Of a stretch of 64,000 bases of DNA, positions 1 through 9,645 are shown piece by piece (within the stretch, counting starts at the first letter, position 1; each line of letters opens with the position of its first letter). This stretch comes from a bacterium (GTDB lineage: Bacteria > Hinthialibacterota > Hinthialibacteria > Hinthialibacterales > Hinthialibacteraceae): NCBI GenBank assembly GCA_963662285.2, contig CAXXMV010000002.1, positions 1,696,001 to 1,760,000 of the forward strand, written 5' to 3'. The translations under genes and the position numbers were made by a program. The notes beneath the pieces were generated by a model that was not told the DNA's origin, made no database searches, and was given only the letters and a program-made list of their open reading frames with translations.

Positions 1-351
1 TTGCCCCTGAGGTCCATATCCCATGGCCAGGCGGTGATTATCCCAATGGACAAGATCAGCGCTTTCTGCAACAAAGGACTGATAGCCCTCTTCATCGAAG
101 CCGATAAAACTCATATACCATTTTTCGTCGCCGGGTATCTGGTAGATGGTTGGACAATCAACCATCTTGATCTTATCAAAGCCTTTGATGCCAGGTTTGG
201 GCGGGATGACATGATCGGGGTGATAATGCCAGTTGAGGTAAGGCGCCGTCCAACCTTCGATGATGTCTTTTTCAATCTTGGCGCCAGGATCATCCGCCAA
301 GACTGATATGTTGATCAAGAAAAAAACGGGTAATATTAAATAGCGTCTCAT
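1..351 (-). CDS. Exported five-bladed beta-propeller glycosidase-like protein (GH43/GH117/GH130-like); runs off the window start
   Basis: Translated by hand (not in ORF track). ATG at 351 overlaps the upstream TGA (ATGA). MRRYLILPVFFLINISVLA is a signal peptide, followed by VDCPTIYQ..WYMSFIGFD..YQSFVAESADLVHW propeller-blade motifs. Confidence 0.75.
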   Translation of the reverse strand, partial: MRRYLILPVFFLINISVLADDPGAKIEKDIIEGWTAPYLNWHYHPDHVIPPKPGIKGFDKIKMVDCPTIYQIPGDEKWYMSFIGFDEEGYQSFVAESADLVHWDNHRLAMGYGPQGQ

Positions 352-3113
352 TTAGCCGACCTTTCCCGCGCCGCCCAATCATTGACGCTGCTGATAGGTT
401 GACGGCGTAAAACATGATAAACCGCATTTTCGGTTAATTTGAATTGGAAATCATTATATTCCGCACGACGTTGCAGGTCTATTGGATCGCCTTTGGGATA
501 GCCGTTTTCATCCAATGGAATCAATTTATAACCGTCGGGATAATCTTCGCCCAGTGTGATCTCCACATCGATCTTTTCCACGCCGAAGGGGTAGGTTCCC
601 ATATCTTTAATGGTTCCACTGTTGACGCCGGAGGTTTTGAATCCATAGGGGCGTTCGATGGTCATGGTTTGGATGAGGATGTTATTGGAACTCTTGATGG
701 GTTGATCGTCGAGTGAAATGAGCAGGACGGAACTGTAGTTATTGTTCATTTTAAGAACAATATGATCTTTGAATGAGTATGCTTTTGCGGCGTCGCTGAA
801 GCCTGCGGCGCCCTTGCTTTTAGCTGTATCGATCAGGGCGTAACCATTGCCGTAATGCCAGCTCAATTCTCCAGTCTGGCTGAAGGCGATTTTGTTTTGC
901 CGGTCGATATTCTGAGCGAAATTGGTCTCTACTGAATCTCCGGTGTTTGAGCCGTATGAGCGGATTACTTTACCCACATAGAAAGAGAGTGGATCAATAT
1001 TATTGACATCGCCGGTTGCTGACTGGCCGGGGGGGATGTCTTTGAGGCGTAGATCATCGAGCGCCTGTGCAGCTGAGCCGCCTGATCCCTTCATTTTATA
1101 TAGGTCTTCCAGATCGATGATTTGATGAATCACCGGATCGGCTTCGGTGACATCGCTGCGGCGGTACATCAGGGCGTAAGCCGGGAAATTACCCAGGATA
1201 ACCGGACATGACAGAGCGAACTTTTTCATCGAGGTATCCCAGGAAGCGCCGCCCAAAGCGAAGGTATAAAATCCATCCACCCCTTGCAGCGAACCATAAG
1301 CTGAGGCCAGGAAAGCATAGTCGGCGCGGTATATATTGGGATTAGTCCAACCGATTTCGGAAATAATCTGGGGGAAGCCAGCGGTCTGCATGAATTGCAA
1401 CGGCAATTGCTCCGGGACTTTCAGCGCAGATAGGTTTTCAAAGGTATGCCCTACGGCTACAGAATATGAATGCCGCCCATCAGGACTGGAGTGCGCCCCG
1501 CCGAAATAGCCGTGCGTGTCGATAACATCGCCGGCGGTATATGTATAGCGCTCCAACGCATCAAGCATGTTGGCATCAGTTACATGCCAGTTGCTGGCGC
1601 TGATCAGACTTTTTGATCCCAGTTCATCCTTGAAATAGTTGCGAATGTTGGAATAAAAAGCGCGTTGATGTTCGGTCAGGAAACGAACCTGATCGCCGAT
1701 GCGTTTTACTTTGGCCGGGCTGAAATTTTTCACGGCGTCGCCCGTCATGTTCCAGGCGTCGAATAGATGAGCAACGCCCGCAGCGAAATCGTCGCCGTTA
1801 TCTTTGGCGCCGCCCCAGGCGGTGGAGGCTTTATCCAATGATCCGTAACGATCTACGAGCCATTGGCCGAAGAGTTTTTCCAATCTGTTCCAGTGGATTT
1901 TTGGTATATTGGAAGAACTGAAAGTCCAGAAGAAATAACTGTCCTCGTTGATGATCTCGACAATGGCGGCTGATGGTTCGTCGGCCAGTTTTAATCCGGT
2001 GTAGGGATTGGTGGTGGTCAATAATTGTCTGGCCCACGATTTATAAATCTGCTGCATGCGTTGATCGAAATAGAGCAGGGCGAAAGGCGTTTTATTGGAT
2101 GCGTCGTCATAGCCATCAATGCCGTATTCCGGCTTGATTGTGAACCAGAGCGGGAAATAGAAACTCAGCGTGGTATAGATGCCGTTCTTTTTCAGCGCCG
2201 ATATCAGATAAAAAAGGTCGTCCAGTTTTTTGGAACTGACCTGGTCTACATTAGCCGAATCGAAAAGCGGGCTGTGATAGCGCACCATGTTAACGCCCGA
2301 TTTAGCCAGACGCCGCGCCATGTAATCAATTGAAGAACGGTTTAATCCGGCAATCTCGCTGGATAGATTTACCGCCCAGAATTTGATTGGAGTACTATCG
2401 CCCAGTAAAAAGCGTTCGCCGTCATGTTGAATGAATCCATTTTGACCTGCTACGTCTTCGTTGAGATAGCGTAGATCAAGCAAAGCCTTATCGTTGAATG
2501 CATCCAGTTCCGGTTCCCAGGCGAAGAAGCCTTCATCCGCATCGCCCGAACGTTCATCAGGTTTTAATTTTCCCCGCGGCGCAAATGGTATCTGGGTAAG
2601 CAGGAAGCAATCAAAACAGGCGGTCTCTGATTCTCCCTGCTCTGCCAGCAGACGCAGTTCAAACGTTCTGGTTCCCTCAGCTAATTCGACTGACCCAAGC
2701 GATACCCAATTGGCGCTGAGAAATTGCGCAATTTCCACGCTGTCCGCCAGCGCGACGTCTCTTGAACAAACGCGCCAGGACTGGTCGTCGAAGCGCCATT
2801 CAAATGGCCCGTGCTTCCAGAATTTTCTGGTCCAAAATTCATATTGGCCTGCTTGGGGAACCTCAACCGAATATTTGGCGAATGCCGCCGCGCCGGACCG
2901 GTTTCCATCATTGGCTAACCATGTTCCACCTGAAAGCAGATGTTGCTTTCCTTCCAGCGCCCCGCCATTGAACCACACGCTGGCGGGGAAATTGGTTTCA
3001 ATAGGTTTTTCGCCTTCCCACCAGATATAATTGATCCCGGCATAAGTATATGATGAGCATAAACTAGCCGTAAAAACGCTTACGATTACAATAATTCTTG
3101 GCTTGATTCGCAT
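348..3113 (-). CDS. Exported clan GH-A (GH5-like) glycoside hydrolase with an N-terminal CBM-like domain
   Basis: Signal peptide; GVNMVRYH, EIINED (acid/base) and IISEIGW (nucleophile) TIM-barrel motifs; 921 aa. Confidence 0.7.
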   Translation of the reverse strand: MRIKPRIIVIVSVFTASLCSSYTYAGINYIWWEGEKPIETNFPASVWFNGGALEGKQHLLSGGTWLANDGNRSGAAAFAKYSVEVPQAGQYEFWTRKFWKHGPFEWRFDDQSWRVCSRDVALADSVEIAQFLSANWVSLGSVELAEGTRTFELRLLAEQGESETACFDCFLLTQIPFAPRGKLKPDERSGDADEGFFAWEPELDAFNDKALLDLRYLNEDVAGQNGFIQHDGERFLLGDSTPIKFWAVNLSSEIAGLNRSSIDYMARRLAKSGVNMVRYHSPLFDSANVDQVSSKKLDDLFYLISALKKNGIYTTLSFYFPLWFTIKPEYGIDGYDDASNKTPFALLYFDQRMQQIYKSWARQLLTTTNPYTGLKLADEPSAAIVEIINEDSYFFWTFSSSNIPKIHWNRLEKLFGQWLVDRYGSLDKASTAWGGAKDNGDDFAAGVAHLFDAWNMTGDAVKNFSPAKVKRIGDQVRFLTEHQRAFYSNIRNYFKDELGSKSLISASNWHVTDANMLDALERYTYTAGDVIDTHGYFGGAHSSPDGRHSYSVAVGHTFENLSALKVPEQLPLQFMQTAGFPQIISEIGWTNPNIYRADYAFLASAYGSLQGVDGFYTFALGGASWDTSMKKFALSCPVILGNFPAYALMYRRSDVTEADPVIHQIIDLEDLYKMKGSGGSAAQALDDLRLKDIPPGQSATGDVNNIDPLSFYVGKVIRSYGSNTGDSVETNFAQNIDRQNKIAFSQTGELSWHYGNGYALIDTAKSKGAAGFSDAAKAYSFKDHIVLKMNNNYSSVLLISLDDQPIKSSNNILIQTMTIERPYGFKTSGVNSGTIKDMGTYPFGVEKIDVEITLGEDYPDGYKLIPLDENGYPKGDPIDLQRRAEYNDFQFKLTENAVYHVLRRQPISSVNDWAARERSAK

Positions 3114-3253
3114 TGTTTGAATTCATTTCTTTAGAAGATTGTTAATGATTTTTGTTTTTTAGCATCTATCCACTTTTTGCATACTCATAATCTATAATCA
3201 ATTACCAAATAATCGGCAAAACTGATATGCGTGCGTATTATATGAGAATCGCT

Positions 3254-6200
3254 CTAATCTTTCAGTGCTCCAGCCAGGCGAAATCCCATGCTGAATTCGG
3301 GCAAATCCCAACTGCGCCGGGCCGAACGGGCGCCGGACGCCTTGGATTTATAACCACCCCCGCGCCCAACCCGCACTATGCCGGAATCGGCGCCCACCGG
3401 ATCAACTTGAGAACTCGACTGATACTCGCCGAACAAATCACCGCACCATTCCCAGGCATTGCCGCTCATGTCATACAATCCCCAAGCATTAGGTTTCTTC
3501 AAACCTACCTGATTAACATTATCCCCGGCGTTTGCGTTATACCATGCATAGTCGTTGATAACTGATTCTGTGAGATCATCGCCCCAATAATAACGCGTCG
3601 AGCTTCCTGCGCGGCAGGCGTATTCCCACTGAGCCTCGGTTGGCAGACTATAGTTCAATACACCATCTATCTCATTAATCCATGAACAAAAATCCCGCGC
3701 TCCATACCAAGTGACATTTACCACCGGCATGTTTTCATAACCAGCATCCACTATCCATTGGTCGCCGTTTAGACTAAAGCGGTTATCTTCGCTATCCTCA
3801 TTCAGATAATCAAATTCTTCTTCACTCTTGGCTCCTTTAACTGTCAAAAAAGCGGCGAACTGAGCATTGGTAATCTCGTATTTACCCAGATAGAAACTCC
3901 GACTGATGGTGACATGGTGCTGTGGTCCTTCATCATCTTCGCGTTGCTCTTCATTATCCGGCGATCCCATCAGGAAAACTCCGGATTGAATTGGAACCAG
4001 TTGCAAAGATTTAGAGCCACCGGGAAGCCCCGCTATATCAATCGTGATTTCAGCATCAGGAAGAGGAGTCGGTTTATCGGGAACATTGGGCGTTGGAGTA
4101 TTCTCTACTTTCAGAGAAAATCCAACCGGACCGGTATCCATTTGAACCACTTCTCCGGTGGTTTTAATCGCCAGAACCCTGAACCAATATGTAGTGTTGG
4201 CCTGAGGACCGTCACGCCAAATATTTGCTGTCGAGAAGGTTCCATTGCCATCAAAACGGTAATAATAAACATCGCTGGCGCCGGTCTGACCAAGAAACGA
4301 ATAGTTCCTGCCATCAGTACTGATATATACATGCGAGTTGCTGATTTGCCCCTGTCCGGGATTCCATTTAATCGCCAATGCCCGTTCCAGGTAGGAGTCA
4401 GTATCCTGACTGCCGCTAAGATTCGTTCCATGATACAAATCATCAAACACCCGCGCCGTTCTTGCCGGTATATCGTCCGGATTGGCGATCCGTTTCAGTT
4501 TTATGGCCGAACCGTCGCTCAGGTTATATCCCATCGGTCCGGGCTGAGTAAGTACAATCAATCCTGTCGAATCATTTTCCCGTTTATAGAGTCCCCAAAC
4601 CCGGAATTGGTATTGGGCGTTAACATTCGCCTGGCGCCATAAGAAAGATCGTGAGGCGCCTTGGCTGGTTTTACCGATAAAGAAATATCCTCCATCGCCT
4701 TGCTTGACATAAACATGCCATTCATAAACCGGTTCAGAGCCGCTGTAATTCCATCTGATGGAAAGAATCCGGTCATCAAGATCGTCGAAATCAGTCTGTC
4801 CGGTCAATGATATCTGACTCAGGTCGTCATCATATACGTTGACCGAATTAGGCGCCACGCCCGGAGTAGGAGTGTAAAACGGCGTATTGGTTGGCGAAGG
4901 CCCCGGTGTAGGAGTATCGTTCGGATCAGGCGTGGATGTCATTGTAAAAGTCGGCGTTATGGTCGGCGTTGAAGTTATTGTTGGCGTAAATGTTATAGTG
5001 GGCGTCGGTGTGGCTGTAGGCGTAGGGGTAAGAGTCGGCGTCGAGGTATATGTCGGCGTTGGAGTGGGAATTGGAGTAATAATTTTTAATTCATAATCCC
5101 GCGATTGATTTATAACAGGAATGCTGGAATCTGTAAAAGATAACTGAAATGAATAACTGCCCGGTTGAATCGGCGTACCGGCTATACTGCTGTTGTTGCC
5201 GATAGAGCCTTCAAACGATATACCCTCAGGCAACGCGCCGCTTGCTATCCGCCAGACATACGGAGCAATACCAACTTCAGTATAAAATGTAACATTATAA
5301 GGAATATCAATAACGCCATCCGGAAGCCTCCTGTCCGGCGGGAAAATATTATCATCAACCATGATGCTGTAAGTTTTTTCAACTGTCTGCGCTGATTCAA
5401 TGCCATCGCTGACCTGCACGGTGAATTCGACTGAAGCGTTTTCTATCGGTCTACCGAATAAGGCGCCGGTATCTTTAGCTAATTGCAGACCGCCGGGTAA
5501 TGCGCCGGATTTTATCTGCCACAAAAACGGCGGCTCGCCCCCGCTAAGGCTGATACGGAAATAATAATCGCTCTCTTTCGCCGCATTGGGAACCGCGTCG
5601 CTCAATATTTTCAGCGTATCAAACACGCGCCAACTAAACCTTTTATCCGCAGTCGCGCCATCCGCATCGTTTACCCGCAACGTAAAATCAAAGTCGCCGT
5701 ATTCTGCGGGAATGCCTCGAATCTCTCCACTGGCTGAGCTTATTTCTGTTCCATCCGGCAGCGTTCCATCAACTAGAGACCAGCTATAAGGCGGTGTTCC
5801 ACCTGATACTGATAAAATAATTGGCGTTAAAGTGACATCCCTCACAACGCCAGCCAACAACGAAGGAGTCAAGATTACCATGTCCGATACAATACGGATA
5901 GTAAGCGATTTCTCAACGCTTTGCTTATCCGGGTAAGCGCTGTCTGTAACTTTTACTGTAAAAGTCTTTAATTGGGATATAGTCGGAATCCCGGAAATCA
6001 CGCCGGTAAGTTTGTTCAATGACAATCCGGCCGGCAACTGCCCGGAAGCGGTAAATGAAAACGGAGGCGCGCCGCTTTCGAATTCGATTACTTCTGAATA
6101 TGCCTCATCGCGACGTCCATCAGGTAAATAATCCGTTGTAATTTCAATAGGTGGATAAATCTCCAGCAGATAATCCTTTATGGCGCTGCGCCCGTCTTGA

Positions 6201-9200
6201 TCTTTTACTGCAAATACCAGCGTCTCAAAGAAATCTTCCGTCGGCGTACCCGACAAAACCCAACTCTGCGAAGCCTCCTGAATCAGATCGACGCCGGGAA
6301 TATCACGTCCTGAGTTATAATCCCATACATAAGGACCATTAGGATTTCCTCCGCTTATGGTAAGTTGCTGCTTGAATCCATGACCTACAACCCCATCGTT
6401 TAATCGGATCATATCGATGGTTATCGGATTAAAAATATCCAGGTCAAATTCTTTTTGATGAGTTTCATTACGGGCGTCAGTCACTTTTACCTTGAATGAG
6501 AAGACGCCCGCCGCCGTTGGCGAACCGCTGATCTTCCCATCCGTTGACATCGTCAATCCCCCGGGTAATGAACTGGATACCACTGCAAAGTTGAATGGAG
6601 CTAATCCACCGAACAACTCAAAACTAAATGGATAGGAAATTCCAACCGTTCCATTCTTCAATCGCTCAGGCGTTATAATCGTTACTGGATTATCCTGATT
6701 AATGATAAATTCCTGTTCAACATAAATGAAATCGCTATCCAAAACGCTGATGTTGAATTTATAAGAGCCTTCAACCGTCGGCGTCCCCGAAATAATCCCA
6801 TTTGCAGATTGCAGGCTCAATCCAGGAGGTAATGTTCCATAGGGAATTGTGAATTTATAAGGCGCGCGACCACCGCCAACCACAATCTGTTGATCATAAT
6901 AACGCCCTGTTTCCGCTCTGGGTAAAGAAGTTGTGAAAATATTGAGAGGATTATCTGAGTTTGGAATCAAATCAATTTCCAACTGCATCGTTTGAAATTG
7001 AACAATATTAACCGTTGTTTGATTTAACATCTGTAATCCGGATTTACTAACCTGGATTTCATAATCACCGTTTGGGATATAGCGAAAACTGCATTGACCT
7101 GCTGAATCGGTTAATCGGGTTAAACCGGCGATGGTTACCGTGGCGCCGGATACCGGCGTTCCTGCCGTCAAATTTTTGACTTCAACTTTCAACGAAGGCC
7201 CAAGCCATCGCAGAATCGATACGTCGTCATGTCCACTTAAGCAATATTGCCCATCCGGTGAAAAAGCGACGCTATAGGTCGGCGCCATGGGCTGATCAAA
7301 TGAGAGAATAGTACTAAGTTCATCTGCATCCCAAAGTATGAGCGAATGGTCATCGCTTCCAGTTAAAACTTGATTTTCATTCGGAGAAAAGGCAGCTGCA
7401 TTGATCGCGCCGCTATGAAAATCATATCTTCCCAGGTTAATCGCCGTTGAACCGCTCCATGTCCATAACTTTGCCGTATTATCCGGTTCTCCTGCCGCCG
7501 TAACGATCATCGAACCGCTTGGAGAGAAATCGACTGCGTTAACCGGACCCCCATGACCCGCAAAAGTAGCAATTTGACTCGACGATGCTTTGTCCCATAA
7601 TATCGCTGTTTTGTCATGGCTGCCCGTCAGTATTTTAGTTTCATCCGGAGAGAAGACCGCCGCAGAAATATTATCGCTATGACCGATATATTTCTTATAG
7701 ACAAACCAGGCTAACTGCTTGTTCCATATTTGAGGATCCCACAGGATTGCTGTGTTATCCTCGCTTCCGGATAGCATCCATTTATCATCCTTGGTCAACA
7801 TCAGGTCGACTACCTGCTCTGTGTGTCCACCTGAAAAAGATTGAAGATAATTACCGGTTTCAGCATTCCATTGCGAGAGTAATCCGCTTGAATCTCCAGT
7901 GAGCAATTGTTGGCCGTCAATCGATAACGCGGCGCCAAGAATTTTGTTCGTGCGTTCGATCTTATAAATCTGTTTGCCCGTATCTAGATTCCAAAGGAAA
8001 AGTGTTTGATCATTTAATCCGCTGGTTATGGCTTTTCTTCCATCCGGCGAAAACTTCACCAAACCGACGGGACCATCATGTCCATTGAAAACATACTTGG
8101 TAGCGAGCGCCAAATCTAAATCGGTAACATAAAAAGTAAATCTCTTGGTGGAACTGCGTCCATCAAAATCAGTTACTTTCAACGTTGCAATGGTCGATAC
8201 TGCTTTGCTTGGAACGCCGGATATCACCCATGCCAGCGAATCGGATTGCCTCACGCTCAATCCAGGCGGCAATTCACCACTCTGCACGCTCCACGAAACC
8301 GATTCAAAATCATTGCCTCCTATATGAGATAAACTTTGGTTGTACGAACTGCCGGTCTTACCATTCTTGAATCGATTATTTGTGATTGAAATCTGATCGA
8401 ATATTGTTATTATAAACTCTTGTTCTTCCGTTGCATCTCGTACATCCCTCACCTGAACGATGAAAGATTTTGAAATGCGCGTAGTAGGCGTTCCACTAAT
8501 GATTCCAGATGCCGAAAGCTTAAGACCATCTGGCAACGCTCCACTTGATACCGAAAACCAATAATCCGGCTTCCCTTCTATCACTGTAATCTTCGACAAA
8601 TAGTATTCACCGACTGTACCATCTGGAAATCGTAAATCATCCGTAAAAACTAATGGATTTACTTGAGTGATGATAAATGATTCCTCTACCGATGAATGAA
8701 AATCAGACGCTTGGATTGTAAAATTATATACGCCGGCCTCGCTTGGAACGCCGGATATTACTCCGCTCGATCCATCGAGAACCATCCCCGCCGGCAACGC
8801 TCCCCCGGATACTGAATATTGATAAGGCGGCTCTCCACCCTTGGCCGAAACCGGCTGACTGTATAACGCGCCGGTCTCAGCATAGAACTGAGTCGCATCG
8901 GCTACTATGCTTAAAACCAACGGCAATTGGATGGAAATCCTCGTCGTGTATTCAGTATCTATGGAGGTGGTTGGTTTTCTTATAAGGTAATATCCCGTCT
9001 TGGTTACATCAATCACATGATCTGTTGCCGATAATACTGCAAATGTACATTGACCATTTTTATTGGTTAATATACTTTCACCTGTATCAATCGATACAGT
9101 GGCGCTTTTGACTGTATCGCCAGTTTCAGCGTCATACACGGTTACAATTAATGAAGGAGTCGCAGACATCGGCGCCACGCTTGCCGGCGCCTGCTTATTG

Positions 9201-9304
9201 GCGTCATCTACTCGGGATAAAGCAGTTTCTGAAATGCCAACCACCGCGAGTAACAAATAGAATAACCATAATCGCCGGGATGCAGCGCAAGTTGACCGTG
9301 TCAT
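3254..9304 (-). CDS. Giant exported multidomain protein: carboxypeptidase-regulatory-like domains, putative Ig (He_PIG) repeats, WD40 propeller, Pro/Thr linker, two FN3-like repeats, C-terminal FGE-sulfatase (SUMF1) domain
   Basis: Repeated GGxxPYxxS..GxLPxGLxL..GxISGxP units; GH..V..FSPDG..L.SGS.D.T..LWD repeats; (PT)n tract; FLMGSP..EITNAQF..LPTEAQWEYACRAG..PNAWGLYDMSGNAWEW..GFRL. Confidence 0.85.
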   Translation of the reverse strand: MTRSTCAASRRLWLFYLLLAVVGISETALSRVDDANKQAPASVAPMSATPSLIVTVYDAETGDTVKSATVSIDTGESILTNKNGQCTFAVLSATDHVIDVTKTGYYLIRKPTTSIDTEYTTRISIQLPLVLSIVADATQFYAETGALYSQPVSAKGGEPPYQYSVSGGALPAGMVLDGSSGVISGVPSEAGVYNFTIQASDFHSSVEESFIITQVNPLVFTDDLRFPDGTVGEYYLSKITVIEGKPDYWFSVSSGALPDGLKLSASGIISGTPTTRISKSFIVQVRDVRDATEEQEFIITIFDQISITNNRFKNGKTGSSYNQSLSHIGGNDFESVSWSVQSGELPPGLSVRQSDSLAWVISGVPSKAVSTIATLKVTDFDGRSSTKRFTFYVTDLDLALATKYVFNGHDGPVGLVKFSPDGRKAITSGLNDQTLFLWNLDTGKQIYKIERTNKILGAALSIDGQQLLTGDSSGLLSQWNAETGNYLQSFSGGHTEQVVDLMLTKDDKWMLSGSEDNTAILWDPQIWNKQLAWFVYKKYIGHSDNISAAVFSPDETKILTGSHDKTAILWDKASSSQIATFAGHGGPVNAVDFSPSGSMIVTAAGEPDNTAKLWTWSGSTAINLGRYDFHSGAINAAAFSPNENQVLTGSDDHSLILWDADELSTILSFDQPMAPTYSVAFSPDGQYCLSGHDDVSILRWLGPSLKVEVKNLTAGTPVSGATVTIAGLTRLTDSAGQCSFRYIPNGDYEIQVSKSGLQMLNQTTVNIVQFQTMQLEIDLIPNSDNPLNIFTTSLPRAETGRYYDQQIVVGGGRAPYKFTIPYGTLPPGLSLQSANGIISGTPTVEGSYKFNISVLDSDFIYVEQEFIINQDNPVTIITPERLKNGTVGISYPFSFELFGGLAPFNFAVVSSSLPGGLTMSTDGKISGSPTAAGVFSFKVKVTDARNETHQKEFDLDIFNPITIDMIRLNDGVVGHGFKQQLTISGGNPNGPYVWDYNSGRDIPGVDLIQEASQSWVLSGTPTEDFFETLVFAVKDQDGRSAIKDYLLEIYPPIEITTDYLPDGRRDEAYSEVIEFESGAPPFSFTASGQLPAGLSLNKLTGVISGIPTISQLKTFTVKVTDSAYPDKQSVEKSLTIRIVSDMVILTPSLLAGVVRDVTLTPIILSVSGGTPPYSWSLVDGTLPDGTEISSASGEIRGIPAEYGDFDFTLRVNDADGATADKRFSWRVFDTLKILSDAVPNAAKESDYYFRISLSGGEPPFLWQIKSGALPGGLQLAKDTGALFGRPIENASVEFTVQVSDGIESAQTVEKTYSIMVDDNIFPPDRRLPDGVIDIPYNVTFYTEVGIAPYVWRIASGALPEGISFEGSIGNNSSIAGTPIQPGSYSFQLSFTDSSIPVINQSRDYELKIITPIPTPTPTYTSTPTLTPTPTATPTPTITFTPTITSTPTITPTFTMTSTPDPNDTPTPGPSPTNTPFYTPTPGVAPNSVNVYDDDLSQISLTGQTDFDDLDDRILSIRWNYSGSEPVYEWHVYVKQGDGGYFFIGKTSQGASRSFLWRQANVNAQYQFRVWGLYKRENDSTGLIVLTQPGPMGYNLSDGSAIKLKRIANPDDIPARTARVFDDLYHGTNLSGSQDTDSYLERALAIKWNPGQGQISNSHVYISTDGRNYSFLGQTGASDVYYYRFDGNGTFSTANIWRDGPQANTTYWFRVLAIKTTGEVVQMDTGPVGFSLKVENTPTPNVPDKPTPLPDAEITIDIAGLPGGSKSLQLVPIQSGVFLMGSPDNEEQREDDEGPQHHVTISRSFYLGKYEITNAQFAAFLTVKGAKSEEEFDYLNEDSEDNRFSLNGDQWIVDAGYENMPVVNVTWYGARDFCSWINEIDGVLNYSLPTEAQWEYACRAGSSTRYYWGDDLTESVINDYAWYNANAGDNVNQVGLKKPNAWGLYDMSGNAWEWCGDLFGEYQSSSQVDPVGADSGIVRVGRGGGYKSKASGARSARRSWDLPEFSMGFRLAGALKD

Positions 9305-9645
9305 AAGAAATTCCTTCTAGAGCGGTTATCAAAATAGATTTATTTATTATTACCTTTAGTCTTTTTAAAAACGCCAAAATGAATGTTATTATATCAAGTA
9401 CTCTGGAAATTGAGCTTAACTAATTTCTGTAAATATGTTATGTTACCTGATATTTAAAAATCTTTGAACCCGTTTTTTTAATGAAATGAATACTTTACCG
9501 TTTAACCAATCCGGCGCTCTAACTCATTTTCATTGAAAATCGCTTTAATCATCATGTCAAACAACCATGAGGCGTTGAAAAAAGCGAGAATTTTTCGTAA
9601 GTTTAACGCTATTTCATGAATATGACCCAAAAAGGGGATAATAAA

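Noticed and set aside
1-306. Plus-strand 101-aa ORF and minus-strand 60-aa ORF (111-293)
   Set aside because: Both are shadows of the minus-strand glycosidase-like CDS that starts at 351.
3254-3400. FGE/CLec C-terminus as a diversity-generating retroelement variable region
   Set aside because: No reverse transcriptase or template repeat was seen in the window, and the codons at would-be variable sites (AAA, AAG, TGG) do not fit the AAY-derived pattern. A remote DGR is not excluded.
4860-5075. Repetitive DNA in the giant gene
   Set aside because: It encodes a Pro/Thr linker with varied codons and is not an independent DNA repeat.
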